NCBI GenBank assembly: GCA_024346625.1
Contig: AP024664.1
Location: 4,278,001-4,342,000 of the forward strand
Direction: 5' to 3'
DNA length: 64,000 nt
Origin: Williopsis jadinii
Lineage: Eukaryota
Below are positions 1 through 11,753 of this stretch, piece by piece (the first letter of the stretch is position 1; the number at the start of each line of letters is the position of its first letter). Position numbers and translations under genes: made by a program. The notes under the pieces are model-generated. The model worked only from the letters and a program-made list of their open reading frames with translations, ran no database searches and was not told the origin of the DNA.

Positions 1-689
1 TTGGGAAATGTGGCATCTCGCTCAATCCTCTGCAAATGTCACCTTTCTCGAGCCGTTAAACTAGCGGGAATGCGTACTGTGAGCAGCGGTACACTCAAAG
101 GTTGCTCTACGCAATAGGATAATACCCTCTTGTTGTGTGTAGCTTGAACCCCCACGTAAAACCCACACAAAATGGATTCGGAATTTGCGATATTCGCGGG
201 ATTCTGCGCTTGGTGGTTGTTGTGGTTACCCCCTCTCTGCCTCTCGCTCTCTTTATCCACGGTTGAACTTTGCACTGTTCTTGGAATAAATGAAGGTGGA
301 TGCTTTACTGTATTTTGTTTGAATGGGAGGGTGGGAACTAAATTCACCGTATTTTCACCCTAAAGTCGATTGGTCTACTGGGGACATAAACCCTCAACCG
401 TCGGTCGGTCCCTGCCATGTATAATCAGGACCCGATTGTGCTTGAGTGACGGAATCCGGGGGAAAACAGCAGGAGGATGATATATTCGTTTGGTCTTTTC
501 TCCTGGGAGCACATGTAAGATCATTCAGTGAAAGGTGAATCCATCATTTGGCAGACATATGGAAGACCCCATTTCCAGGCTGAGGTCCGAATAGAGTACA
601 CACACATCTCCAATCGTGTCCCAGAATGACGGAGTGACACTTATGGAGAGGCCGTAGTTCACGGCTTGATATTACGTAAGCAAACTTTT

Positions 690-735
690 GGTGTCCAGGT
701 TTATAGGTGTCTGGGTTAACAGGTGTCTGGGTGTA
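690..735 (+). promoter_or_regulatory. Three 16-bp-periodic GGTGTC(T/C)(G/A)GGT units, probable tandem Rap1-binding sites
   Basis: ggtgtccaggtt (690), ggtgtctgggtt (706), ggtgtctgggtgta (722); reverse complement ACACCCAGACACC fits the Rap1 consensus ACACCCRYACAY; ~110 bp upstream of PRP45 ATG. Confidence 0.55.
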
Positions 736-845
736 TCAAGCTTGTAAAAATTGTATAGCGTACGGTAACGACTCTCAGCTGTGAGCAATGGGTTCTTTTA
801 GCGTACCCAGTGGAACCATATCGGGCCTGTTTCAATTACCAACGC

Positions 846-2159
846 ATGTTTTCTATTGGAAAATACCTATCCCAGGTGAAAGCCGGTAGTAGTCAAGAAA
901 AAACTCCCACTTCAAAGAGCTTAGTTGTCACTAAAGCTGAAGATGATATACAGGGTGACGATAGTGGCACTGGAAGAGACTACTCAGTGCTCTTGAGGAC
1001 CGGTGAGAATGATAACAGGAGGATCCAAAGCTCTATTGAAGACCTAAAGCCGTTGAGACAAAGACAAAAAAATGTTTCCCTCCGTATGCCTACAGCTGAA
1101 GAGATTCAAGAGTGTACTGAAAGAACTAGAAGAGCGTTACAGTTGGTGTTGGAATCACGGTCTAAGAATCTCGTGCAGAAGAAGAAGGACAAGACCGAAG
1201 CAGAATACATAAGATATACTTCGTCAAATGTCTTGAACGATAGTGCGACGAGTTCAAGAATCATTAAAATCGTTGATAAGCAAGAGGATCCTATGGCTCC
1301 GCCAAAGTTCAAACAGAAGAAGCATATGGCTAGACCTTCTTCGCCTCCAGCACCTGTTCTACACGCACCAATAAGGAAAGCAACTGCAGAGGAGCAGAAG
1401 GCATGGTATATACCACCTGCTATTTCAAATTGGAAGAATCCGAATGGATTTACCATTGCATTGGATAAAAGATTGGCAGTTGATGGTAAGGATCCGAGCA
1501 GGAATGTTAATAGTGAAGCCACTATTAATACCAACACCATCAATTTAGCAGAGGCTTTACACAAGGCAGATCAGGAGGCCAGGGAGGAAATCAGACTGAG
1601 AAACGCTTTGAAGAAACGAATTGCAGAGAAGGAAACGAGGGAAAAGGAGGCCAAATTGAGGGAATTGGCACAAAGGAGTCGTGAATCCAAGTCTAGAAGA
1701 CAAGATGATAGATACGAAGACGATGCAGCCAGGGAAAGAGCATTGGCAAGAGAAGAAAGAATGCGTAAAGCTGAAAGAGAGATTAAAATGTCACGTATGG
1801 GTAAAGAACAGAGGAACAGGGTCATTGCCAAATCACTCGGTGATAGGGACATCAGCGAAAGAACACAGTTGGGATTAGCGAAGTCATCAAATACCAACAG
1901 TGCAGAGATACAATTCGATCAGAGATTATTCACGAATGCTACACAGGTGACGAATAGCGAAGACCAACCATACGATAACCCATTGTTTGTTCAACAGGCA
2001 GTTAACAGCATCTACAAAGTTTCAGATACAACACTGAATGACCATGATATAGATGACGCTAAGAGTTCAGGACCTGTTGAATTCGAGAAATCTGAAGGCT
2101 TAGAAGTTGATGAAGATTCATTAGAATACGGGTTACAGTATAAAAAGCCTAAACATTAG
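846..2159 (+). CDS. PRP45: Pre-mRNA splicing factor Prp45 (SKIP/SNW domain)
   Basis: ATG at 846; motifs DPMAPPKF, SPPAPVLH, IPPAISNWKNPNGFTIALDKRL; adjacent to POP5 as in S. cerevisiae (YAL032C/YAL033W). Confidence 0.95.
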   Translation: MFSIGKYLSQVKAGSSQEKTPTSKSLVVTKAEDDIQGDDSGTGRDYSVLLRTGENDNRRIQSSIEDLKPLRQRQKNVSLRMPTAEEIQECTERTRRALQLVLESRSKNLVQKKKDKTEAEYIRYTSSNVLNDSATSSRIIKIVDKQEDPMAPPKFKQKKHMARPSSPPAPVLHAPIRKATAEEQKAWYIPPAISNWKNPNGFTIALDKRLAVDGKDPSRNVNSEATINTNTINLAEALHKADQEAREEIRLRNALKKRIAEKETREKEAKLRELAQRSRESKSRRQDDRYEDDAARERALAREERMRKAEREIKMSRMGKEQRNRVIAKSLGDRDISERTQLGLAKSSNTNSAEIQFDQRLFTNATQVTNSEDQPYDNPLFVQQAVNSIYKVSDTTLNDHDIDDAKSSGPVEFEKSEGLEVDEDSLEYGLQYKKPKH

Positions 2160-2636
2160 CTAATCAGTGTCCTCATCGTCTTCGTCAATGTCGAGTATAC
2201 CATCTTCTTCAATCTTGGTATTTAACTTCCTCATTAATTGTCTATTCCTTTCAATAGCAGCTTGTTCACATTTCTTTATAGTGCCACTTACACTTAGGAC
2301 CCTTATTATAACGTCTTTACCAAGCACGTTTGTGATTGTAGTTAACGCACAGCACACCATTTGGTAATAATCCCTTGAACATCGTATTATACCAGTAGAA
2401 GTCTTTGAGGAGAAATATTTAACTACCATAGAGGAGGACAAGACACCATTACCGAAATCTCCAAATAGCTTTAGCACTTGTTTCCTGATGAGGTCGGCAA
2501 TCTGTCGTTGTGTCAATGAGGGTGAAGTTGTGCTGTGGATAGTCAATAGGAGCTCTTTTTCCGTACACCGAGTCAGAGCTTCTCGAGGAACTGTAAGTAT
2601 ATCGAACAGGATATAACGAGCTTTGAGTCTGACCAT
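2160..2636 (-). CDS. POP5: RNase P/MRP subunit Pop5
   Basis: MVRLKARYILF N-terminus, VKYFS..TSTGIIRC.R, VSGTIKKCE. Confidence 0.95.
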   Translation of the reverse strand: MVRLKARYILFDILTVPREALTRCTEKELLLTIHSTTSPSLTQRQIADLIRKQVLKLFGDFGNGVLSSSMVVKYFSSKTSTGIIRCSRDYYQMVCCALTTITNVLGKDVIIRVLSVSGTIKKCEQAAIERNRQLMRKLNTKIEEDGILDIDEDDEDTD

Positions 2637-3108
2637 TGGGATGGGGTTTATGACCTCTTGGTTGGTTGGCTATGTTGCGTGTGTGAAGAAGTATTTGATG
2701 GAAATTTTTCTCCGAGAGAACGATGAGTTAACAACTACTACAAATACAGAAGGCTTTAATTCAACTCTGGGCAGGAAAATATTAGTAATATATAAAGCAA
2801 TAACGAGATAGCACAGTTCATTCACACGATATACTCTATCATAGATTAACTTATATTAAACATTACAATTGACTAGAGGAAACTATCAACACACTCCAGT
2901 ATTATATATTCGTGTTAGGGGCAGCAACCGCTATAAGACCTACTGCTGGAGTTGTACATTGGAATATCCACCAGTGTCTGCTTGTCACAATTACTTACAA
3001 GAGCTTTTGATAGAGTACACACTTCAATTGGATATAATACGTTTCCTCCGGTACATGTGCCATGTTGTTTAAACTAGAGTGAGTAGCTAAATGAATATGA
3101 CCATTTCA

Positions 3109-4002
3109 TCAAACGCACAGGAATGAATTGTTGAATTCATAATGCATAAAAGACAAGAAAACCAATTCATCATGTGGATTTGGTGTACCCAATGAGCTTT
3201 GCATCATCATGTTTTGAAGCGTCAACAAGGAAACATCACAGCAAAGTCCAAGTTGTAACAGCTGTCTCACTCCCTGAATACACTGTAAATAACCGTATTT
3301 TCTAGATACCTCGTCGTAGGAGTGTGGACAGAAAAGAACACCAGTCACAGCATTGCGGTCAATGTCCATTAAAACACCCTTCTGTTCATTCGATGATCTT
3401 CCAATCTCTTCCAATTCTCTCATGTCTGATATATTCTTCTTCATCGTAGCATAGTCACCGATGTTTGCCCTCTTTGTTGACGTTTGGAAGAACTCCATCA
3501 TGGAAGACTCAAAGATTTGAGATTCCATACTTTCCAAGTATTCCTTGTGTATAAATACTCTATGTGATTGCTTTGTATATGAACCTTCCGGTAGTGATCT
3601 CATGTAGTCGTAAACTTTATTGCCGGTTTCTCTATCACCTGGATCAAATTTTAGCCCGTTTAATTTTAATGATTTCACGAGGGATCGTATCTCCTCGTTG
3701 TCTAACAGTAATGAAACCAACTTCTTCAACTTGCAGACACTTGTTACAACAGTGTTGTTGTCGTGTTCAGCAACTCCCCCACTGGAAGTGATATAATCTC
3801 GTATCTTCTCGGTGGAGCATTGTGTATCAAAGAATTCATCCGAGGAAACAATTGCCCAAATGTCTCTATATACCATAGTTCTGAATGTACAATAGAATTT
3901 TTTACACACTGCTAATAAGTTAACAAGCTTGTTTGGTCTGGAGTCAACGAATTGACCAATGCGGAGTAAAACTTCAGTAGGAAGCTGATCAAGTGTAACC
4001 AT
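3109..4002 (-). CDS. F-box domain protein, uncharacterised
   Basis: 297-aa ORF with N-terminal F-box pattern LDQLPTEVLLRIGQFV...NLLAVCKKFY. Confidence 0.7.
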   Translation of the reverse strand: MVTLDQLPTEVLLRIGQFVDSRPNKLVNLLAVCKKFYCTFRTMVYRDIWAIVSSDEFFDTQCSTEKIRDYITSSGGVAEHDNNTVVTSVCKLKKLVSLLLDNEEIRSLVKSLKLNGLKFDPGDRETGNKVYDYMRSLPEGSYTKQSHRVFIHKEYLESMESQIFESSMMEFFQTSTKRANIGDYATMKKNISDMRELEEIGRSSNEQKGVLMDIDRNAVTGVLFCPHSYDEVSRKYGYLQCIQGVRQLLQLGLCCDVSLLTLQNMMMQSSLGTPNPHDELVFLSFMHYEFNNSFLCV

Positions 4003-4529
4003 GTCAGAGTCTTTTGTGTGGCTGTGAACAAGTACAGTAAATGAGAACCAAGGAAGAAGAACACCCGTTATTTATATTCTTTTCTTCAGAATGAATCACA
4101 GCTTTATGTCCTCTCCAAATGTGTACAGATCCTACCACGGCTGTCACATGTCCAAACGAGGATGAATCATCTTGCCGTTCTTCCTAAAGACATTCTAAAC
4201 AGACCACAGCAAACAACAAGCACGTCCTTCCGGAAGCTTTTCTGGGGAAACACAGAAGACATTCTGTAACATCCAATTTTTGACACAATTTTTACGGAGG
4301 ATGGGGGAAACGGCTAAGAGAGATGTATCTTAACGCCGGGCGGAACGTTGGGCCGTTGTTCCGTCAATTGTTTCCCACAAGGACATTCGGCAGATTCTTG
4401 TTTTAATGGATGTTTACCATTTACCCCATGTGGACAGACCTGGAAGGGGGGGGGGGCAGTAGTTATTAGTTTCCAATTAAGTAGCAATAGCTGATATTAG
4501 AATAGGCTGATAGATGGATCTATATATGT

Positions 4530-7500
4530 TTAAATGCTAAGCTTCTCTTTCAAAAGCTTTTCAAGCTCGTCAACAGCGTTTGGAATTCCATCCAGCTTAT
4601 CACCCATACCTTGCACAACGTTACCTTTACCACCAGCCTTACCACCAATGAATTCACTGGCATGTTTGGCTAATTCGGAGGCATTTACACCCTTTTCAAT
4701 GGCCTTGTCGGAGATGTAACAACCATGAGCAACTTTATCAGCGTTACCGGTAAAGATGTAGATGGACTTATCCGGGTTCTTGGACTTGATGAAGTTGATG
4801 GCTTCGGTAATGGACTTAGCGTTGGCACTGATGTCAACGTGCTTAACTAAGAAGGCAGATGATTCGTTTTCAGCAAAGTAGTCCTTGACGGTATCCAAAG
4901 TCTTCTTGCTCTCAGCCTTTTGACGAGCCTTGTTCTCATCTTTAATTTCTTTGTCAAATACGTTGAAACGGTTCTTGAGCTCACTCTTTGACAAGATCGA
5001 GATGTTCAATTGACCTAATTTGACACCCAACTCCTTCAGCTTCTTCTCCTTCAATGGACCAAATTCCAATTTACCAGCGCTCTCAAGGTCCTTCGAAAAC
5101 TCGCTGGCAATTCTCTGAACATCATGAGCCTCGTTACCTGTAACTGCGACGATACGTCTGATACCCTTGGCAATACCAGATTCCTCGGTCAACACGAGGT
5201 CTTTGATATCGCTGGTTTTGGCAACATGTGTACCACCACAGAATTCTATGGAAACAGTCATCCATTTCTCATCCGTCGGACTACTCAACAAGTCATCAAT
5301 TGGGACACCAATGGAAACAACTCTAACTGGGTCTGGATAAGTTTCACCGAAAACAGCTCTGACAGAGGTAATACCCTTGGCTTGTTCCAATGGAACATCT
5401 TTAGCGTAAACGATTTGAGCCTTCTTAATCTCCTGATTACAGATGGCTTCAATTTTGGAAACCTCATCAAGAGTCAAACCCTGCTTATGAGAGAAGTCAA
5501 ATCTCAACTTTTCTGGTGCAACAAGAGAACCCTTTTGATGGACCTCTGTGCCGAGGACTTCTCTCAATGCCAAGTTCAAAATATGTGTACCAGTATGGTT
5601 ATTTCTAAGTGGCCAACGACGCAATTCTTCATACCCGGCAATAACAGCATCACCAACCTTCAGAGAACCCTCAGCCAATCTACCAGTGTGGAAGACATAA
5701 CCGTTGTATTGTTGAGTATTCTCAACGTTGAACTCAGAGGCACCGTCAATGACGATCTTACCAGTGTCATACTCTTGACCACCTTGTTCAGCGTAGAATG
5801 GAGTTTTGTCGAGAATGATTCCGTATTGCTTGGTAATATCGGAGATTTCGTCAACAAATTCTTGTCCATCGTAAATCTTCAAGATCTTGGCCTCAACGTT
5901 TTCTGTGCCGTACTTGTAGTGATCATCTGTTCTGTCAAGCTTCTCTTCGTTCAATTTGGCCAAGGCATGAACATCCAATTTGATTAAATCAGAGCCCTTG
6001 GACTTACCACCTGCCTTAGAAGCCTCATATGACTCGATTCTGGCCTTTTCAAAACCAGCTTCATCGATCTTCAAACCGGCCTCCAAAGCCATCAATTGGG
6101 TCAAATCCACTGGGAAACCATAGGTATCGTACAATCTCCAGACATCCTTACCATTAAGGATCTTTGTACCCTTTTGAGCAGCAATGGCGTATTGCTCAAA
6201 TAATTTCTCACCACGATCCAAAGTTCTGGCGAAAGAAGCCTCTTCTTCGTCTAAGATCTCAAAAGTGTTGGAGGTGTTCTTTGTAAGTTCTGGGAAGATA
6301 TCTTGAACTTGGTCGATCAATGTTGGGGCCAAAGTAGAAAAGAAGTTACCAATCGGGTAGTTAAAGTATTTACGAGCGTAACGTGCACCTCTTCTCAAGA
6401 TACGTCTCAGAACGTAACCTCTACCTTCGTTGTTTGGAACACCACCATCAGCCAATGCAAATGTCAATGTACGAACGTGGTCTGCCAAAACTCTGTAAGC
6501 AGTGTCAATACCATCAACATCTTCAGCGCCGAACTTACCTGTGTAATCACGTGCACCGGTCATCTCCTGAATCTTCTTGAACAAAGGTTGGAAAACGTCA
6601 GTGTCGTAGTTTGAGCTGCAGTTTTGCAAGATTGAAACCAATCTTTCGAATCCCAAACCGGTATCGATGTGCTTGGCTGGCAATGGTCTCAAGGTACCAT
6701 CAGCTTCTCTATTGAATTGCATGAAAACGTTGTTCCAAATCTCAATAACGTTTGGATCATCCTCGTTGACCAATTCAGCGGCATTTCTACCACCAATTCT
6801 ATCGTAGTGGACCTCAGAACATGGACCACATGGACCTTGTTCACCCATCTCCCAGAAGTTATCCTTAACAGAACCTGGCAAGATATGGGATGGGTCAACA
6901 CCGACGTCTTCCCAAAGCTTCTTTGCCTCCAAGTCTGGCAACAAACCTGAGGCTTCATCACCTCCGAAGTAGGTAACATAAAGTCTATCTTCTTTCAAGC
7001 CGTAAACTTTAGTCAACAATTCCCAGGAATACTCAATAGCCTCCTTCTTAAAGTAATCACCAAAGGACCAGTTACCCAACATTTCAAAGAAAGTGTGATG
7101 GTAAGAGTCTCTACCAACATCTTCCAAATCGTTGTGCTTACCACCAGCTCTGATACACTTCTGAGAGTTCATTGCTCTTTTCAAGCTGTAGAAGTCAGAT
7201 GCTGGGTCCACTGTACCCAGAAAGATAGGCTTGTATTGGTTCATACCAGCGTTGGCGAACAACAACGTTGGGTCATCGTATGGAATAACAGAAGAGGATG
7301 GAACAAAAGTGTGACCCTTACTTTTGAAGTAGTCCAAGAAGGTGTTACGCACCTGGCATCTTTAGTTAGTATTCACCATCGCTTATAGATCGAGATACGA
7401 GTTAACCGCCCAACGATGATGAATCACGAGAATCTTCTTCTCTTCCCTTTTCCGCTCCTCCCTCATTCCAGATTTTCACAACGTATGCGGCGGCTAACGA

Positions 7501-7615
7501 ATAGATCAAAACTCACCTTTTGTGCTGGCCATTCAGTTGATTGTGACATTGTTCTAGTCCCCAGCTTACTTAGTGATTTAAGGAGAGGTAAACAATGATT
7601 AAATCTAATCGGCAT
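4530..7615 (-). CDS. ALA1: Alanyl-tRNA synthetase, cytosolic and mitochondrial; exon1 7615 (or 7549)-7517, intron 7516-7353, exon2 7352-4530
   Basis: [33 protein letters not shown], editing NHTGTH...CGGTH; intron GTGAGT...TACTAAC(7371-7365)...CAG joins [11 protein letters not shown] to VRNTFLDYF in frame. Confidence 0.96.
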
Positions 7616-7901
7616 AAATTTTTCTTGATCGCTGAGCTTTTTTTTGCCTTTCTTTGAACGCGCCGGCGGTTTTTTTTAACCCTCCCTCCTTCAACTTCTT
7701 CTTTATTTTACCGCTGCGAAAATTGGCAGATGCGAAAAGGTTGAAAATATCGTTCTGAAACTTACGCTGGTACCGGCGTAAATTTAAGAACACGCAAGAG
7801 ATGAGCTTTGTTTGTCTTACAACTTCTGCAAGGGTTCCTCATCTACAGGTTGTGGCTCTTCGTAAAGGACGTAAAATTCAAGAGGAACGGTAAGTGAGTT
7901 C

Positions 7902-9245
7902 TCAATACGTTTTCTTTTGTGCAAAGACAAGCATATAGTAGAAGTCTCCGAATTCATCCAATAGCTCGCCGTTTCTAACGTCTCTGTTGTACTGTAATTT
8001 CATCTCTCTAAACAAGACGAGTTCCTCTGGTGATAAGTGAAGTTGTGCAACGTACTTAAACATTGCACACTCAAAAAAGCTCTGAACAAATTCCACAATG
8101 TTACCCAGGTCTGTTGGAATTCCCTTTTTCAACGAGACAAAGGCGTGTCTGATGTTTTGGAAGCCAGCTTCCCTCAACCTCTTTTGAATGGATTTACATG
8201 GATATGGATCCATTCCATCCCTCCTCAGCGCATTTCTGAGCATCTCAAAGAATTTGCTATAGATTTCATTTTTACAATTGAGTACCGAGTAGTCCATCAG
8301 GAATATGCTGATCTGGCCGTTGAAAGTTAACAACCGAAACACTTCTGACAGTGTTGGTACCCATTGGTCGTTCTTTAGATAGAAGTGTAAGTCATAGCAT
8401 ATTGCAGCAGCAAATGTATTCTTCGTCATTGGAACGTTCTGGTACGATATCCCATTGAGGATATAAAAGTTCTGCGGTCCAATAGCCAATTTATAATCCG
8501 GGAACGATGTATACAGTATGGGATCCGTCGTGAAACAATAGATGTCCCTGTCTGGGTTATCAATGGCTAATTGCCATATATGAGAATCTGTGTAGCTGTT
8601 GTTGTACATATCAAGCACTTTCAGCCTTTTCTTATTCTTTGCATCGCTGTTGTTAGATAGATCAGCCAAAACGTCGAACGCTATGTGACCGTCAACACCT
8701 GTGAGATATTTAAATGCCTGAATTGACCAAAATCCACTCAAGGTCTGTTGTTCATGGTAAGCAACGGCGCTCATGGGGGTCTCATTCAGGATCGAATCAT
8801 AAAATTGTAGGAAGGAACTCAACCTTGACGACGCATAAGTCAAGGGATCACTGTCGTTTATGTTCTTGTTCAACTTTTGGGTTAAAAACCATCTCTCAGA
8901 TCCTCTTCTGTAACTCTCCCTGATATCATCAGTATGACTCCTTAAGGTTCGTCTTGGTTGTGGCGTATCCATAGAGGTCATCGACATTCGACCAGAGACA
9001 AAACTCGAAATGTGGTGTTTCCTGCCCGGGCTTGAGCTGCTAGAGCTACCTCTTAGAGTGAACTTGCTGAGGGTAGAAACGTCTGACGTGATCGAAGCTG
9101 CATCATCCTCTGTGTCTGTGTGGAATGTACTGTCGATGTCCGCAGAACTTTCAGTCCGTGACGACATGGAAAACCGGTGGACTGTATGGGGCCTCCGTAG
9201 CCCGCCAAGCATAGAGATAGACCGCGTACTCGGTGCACTGTCCAT
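7902..9245 (-). CDS. Uncharacterised protein with Ser-rich N-terminus and C-terminal SAM-dependent methyltransferase-like fold
   Basis: 447-aa ORF; LKVLDM, 'WVPTLSEVFRLLTFNGQI', 'LREAGFQNI' resemble class I MTase motifs, but the glycine-rich motif I is degenerate. Confidence 0.6.
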   Translation of the reverse strand: MDSAPSTRSISMLGGLRRPHTVHRFSMSSRTESSADIDSTFHTDTEDDAASITSDVSTLSKFTLRGSSSSSSPGRKHHISSFVSGRMSMTSMDTPQPRRTLRSHTDDIRESYRRGSERWFLTQKLNKNINDSDPLTYASSRLSSFLQFYDSILNETPMSAVAYHEQQTLSGFWSIQAFKYLTGVDGHIAFDVLADLSNNSDAKNKKRLKVLDMYNNSYTDSHIWQLAIDNPDRDIYCFTTDPILYTSFPDYKLAIGPQNFYILNGISYQNVPMTKNTFAAAICYDLHFYLKNDQWVPTLSEVFRLLTFNGQISIFLMDYSVLNCKNEIYSKFFEMLRNALRRDGMDPYPCKSIQKRLREAGFQNIRHAFVSLKKGIPTDLGNIVEFVQSFFECAMFKYVAQLHLSPEELVLFREMKLQYNRDVRNGELLDEFGDFYYMLVFAQKKTY

Positions 9246-10063
9246 CTTGATCCCTATAAATGCTTGTCCACCACTCTCTTAAAGCTAACTAACAAACACT
9301 TCTCAGACTGATCTTTGTGATGATGTCTCCCTTGTGACCTTTCCAACGCAAAGTATTGGAATGTAGAGACGATGAGACTAATGGTGAAGTATTAAATACA
9401 AATATAACCCCTGGTACATACAAGAACAACAACAAAGGAGGAGGCAGATAATTACAAAAGTGATCAAAGCTGAAAATTATGGCCGCTGTGTGACCCCAGC
9501 CGTGGCTCCCCTTCCTCCCCCTCAAAAGGCGAGGAAAAAATAGAGATTTTGTTCTTTGGAATTGGAAACAACAAATGGAGCCACCATTTTCTACAGCAAT
9601 TAGGTCCACTGTGTAAAAATACACGGGGCTAAATATCACGGCTACCAAATATATTTCAATGTATATGAGTGATATTCCTCTGTTCACTGGTGACTGTTTA
9701 CCGGCCGAGAATCATCAGTGTTTATTGCGCACACCGCTCCCCAATTTGCTGTTCAAAATACCGGAATTAGAGGGCTTGGAAGAATCCAAATACCTCTGGA
9801 GGATACCGTAGTTGAGTAGTAGTAGCACGTACGCTGTTTACCTTGAGATTGGTTCACGGTTTTAAGACAATTCACATCTGCTTACTTATCAATTCGAAAG
9901 CTGCTAGCAGTAAAATCGTGCGGACTCTTGCTTTGTTCCTATTCAGCCGTGCCGATGACTTGAACTAATATAGATTGACGGGGTTAATTGTAGATTTTAG
10001 AAACTTTCCGGGGCAAATGATCCTTTGATAAATATTCTCGGGCGCTATATACAACGATACGTA

Positions 10064-11614
10064 TCATGGCGATTTACCAACCATCTTGCTATTTATCTCA
10101 ATACCATATTCAGCTTGTAGTTTGTCTCCCAGGACGGCATCCTCAGCAAGTACATCTTCTACTAAGCTGGTCAAGTCCTCATCTCCGTAATACTTTGCCG
10201 TGACATTGCCAGAGCCTATTGTGTCAACAGTGTCGGAGTTTACCAGCACATATTTGATGCCACTATCAGGGCACTCGTAGTTCACGTTCATCAAGAGCCT
10301 CTCCATTATACCTCTCAATCCACGCGCACCAGTTCCCTCTTTCAGGGCAAGCTCTGATATCTTCAATAACGCATCGTTAGTAACCACGAGTTTCACCCCG
10401 AATTGTTCAAAGATGTACTGGTATTGCGTCAACACTGCGTTCTTCGGCTTCGTCAAAATCGACAACAAGTCCGTCTCTCCAAGGGAATCGAGGCTTGTTA
10501 TGATGGGAACTCTTCCTATAAGTTCGGGAATCATCCCATAAGAATTGAGATCCTGGGGTGTAACCAATGTCAAGGAGCCAACAACTCGATCGTCATCTAG
10601 TTTGATCTTTGACATTGCATTGTGATGCACAGGATCCTCCTCAATGGTGCCTAACTCGTTGTCAACGATACGCTTAGCAACATGCCTATCCAATCCAACA
10701 AATGCACCCATCAACACAAAGAGTATATTACTAGTATCAATGTGATACGTTTCTGTCTTCTTTGCCACGGTGGTGTTGTTGTTAGAGTCTTTGTCTTTGT
10801 TCACTGGCTTCTTCACTTGGACTTGAACTGTAGTACCCTCGATCAATTTCAGTAAAGCCTGCTGAACACCTTCACCTGAAACGTCTTTTGTTCCACTGTT
10901 GTTAGAGGTCTTTGCAAGTTTATCAACCTCGTCCAAAACGACAATCCCCCTCTCCGCTCTATCAACGTTATATTCTGCATTAACCAGGAGCCTTTCGATA
11001 CATAACTCAACATCTTCACCAATGTATCCCGCTTGCGTGAGTTGAGTACAATCTGTTATCGAGAAGGGAACATTTAGTACTCGAGCAAGAGTTTTGGCAA
11101 TTAAGGTCTTTCCTGAACCTGAAGGTCCCAACAGCAAGATGTTTGACTTACTGAGTTCCAAATCCTCATCTTCCAAATCCAAATCGAAAGTTATCTCCTC
11201 TGGAGATTTGTTTGATGGACTCACATTGTTACTCAAAGTGTACATCTTATCGTCCTCTCTTCGTTGTTCATCTTTGATTTTCTTTGCCAGTTTTCTAGCT
11301 TTGTCGTTGATCCTAAGATAATGGTTATAAACAGCAACTGACATCACTTTCTTACCGGTCTCTTGTCCAATAATATATCCATCCAAATAATTCTTCAGTT
11401 TCCTAGGTGGCGGAACTTTCACCATGGACTTTTGGATATCCCTAATGATCTTCGCAGTAGGATCAGCATTGATCTTTGGTGCAGGGATAGGTGAATTTGT
11501 AGGTGCTGATGTCGAGCCGTTACTAGAGCTAGAAGCCAAATACCTAGCTTGTGCACCAATGCTAGAAACTTCTATGAGACTCCTCGTTCTAATACAAGAG
11601 TTCAATCCCAGCAT
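10064..11614 (-). CDS. MCX1: Mitochondrial ClpX-like AAA+ chaperone
   Basis: KSNILLLGPSGSGKT, LTQAGYIGEDVE, LDEVDK, KDVSGEGVQQALLKLIEG, GTGARGLR; basic N-terminal presequence. Confidence 0.95.
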   Translation of the reverse strand: MLGLNSCIRTRSLIEVSSIGAQARYLASSSSNGSTSAPTNSPIPAPKINADPTAKIIRDIQKSMVKVPPPRKLKNYLDGYIIGQETGKKVMSVAVYNHYLRINDKARKLAKKIKDEQRREDDKMYTLSNNVSPSNKSPEEITFDLDLEDEDLELSKSNILLLGPSGSGKTLIAKTLARVLNVPFSITDCTQLTQAGYIGEDVELCIERLLVNAEYNVDRAERGIVVLDEVDKLAKTSNNSGTKDVSGEGVQQALLKLIEGTTVQVQVKKPVNKDKDSNNNTTVAKKTETYHIDTSNILFVLMGAFVGLDRHVAKRIVDNELGTIEEDPVHHNAMSKIKLDDDRVVGSLTLVTPQDLNSYGMIPELIGRVPIITSLDSLGETDLLSILTKPKNAVLTQYQYIFEQFGVKLVVTNDALLKISELALKEGTGARGLRGIMERLLMNVNYECPDSGIKYVLVNSDTVDTIGSGNVTAKYYGDEDLTSLVEDVLAEDAVLGDKLQAEYGIEINSKMVGKSP

Positions 11615-11753
11615 TCTTTCAAATAGACTGTGTTCGAGGGGGGAGAGAGTCTATACTTTAACAGTTCTTTGGCATACACAATTCCTAAATGTCGGTCTTA
11701 ATTTTTCACACCCAATCCGCGGAGCAAAATCACCAGATCAGGCCAATGTCACT

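Noticed and set aside
690..735. Telomerase RNA template or CRISPR-like array
   Set aside because: Only three short units directly upstream of a coding gene; no other TER features recognisable; eukaryotic context.
5124..5987. 287-aa antisense ORF in ALA1, and similar antisense ORFs in MET13, the SDR, GH3 and DLD1
   Set aside because: Shadow ORFs caused by codon bias of the sense genes; no motifs.
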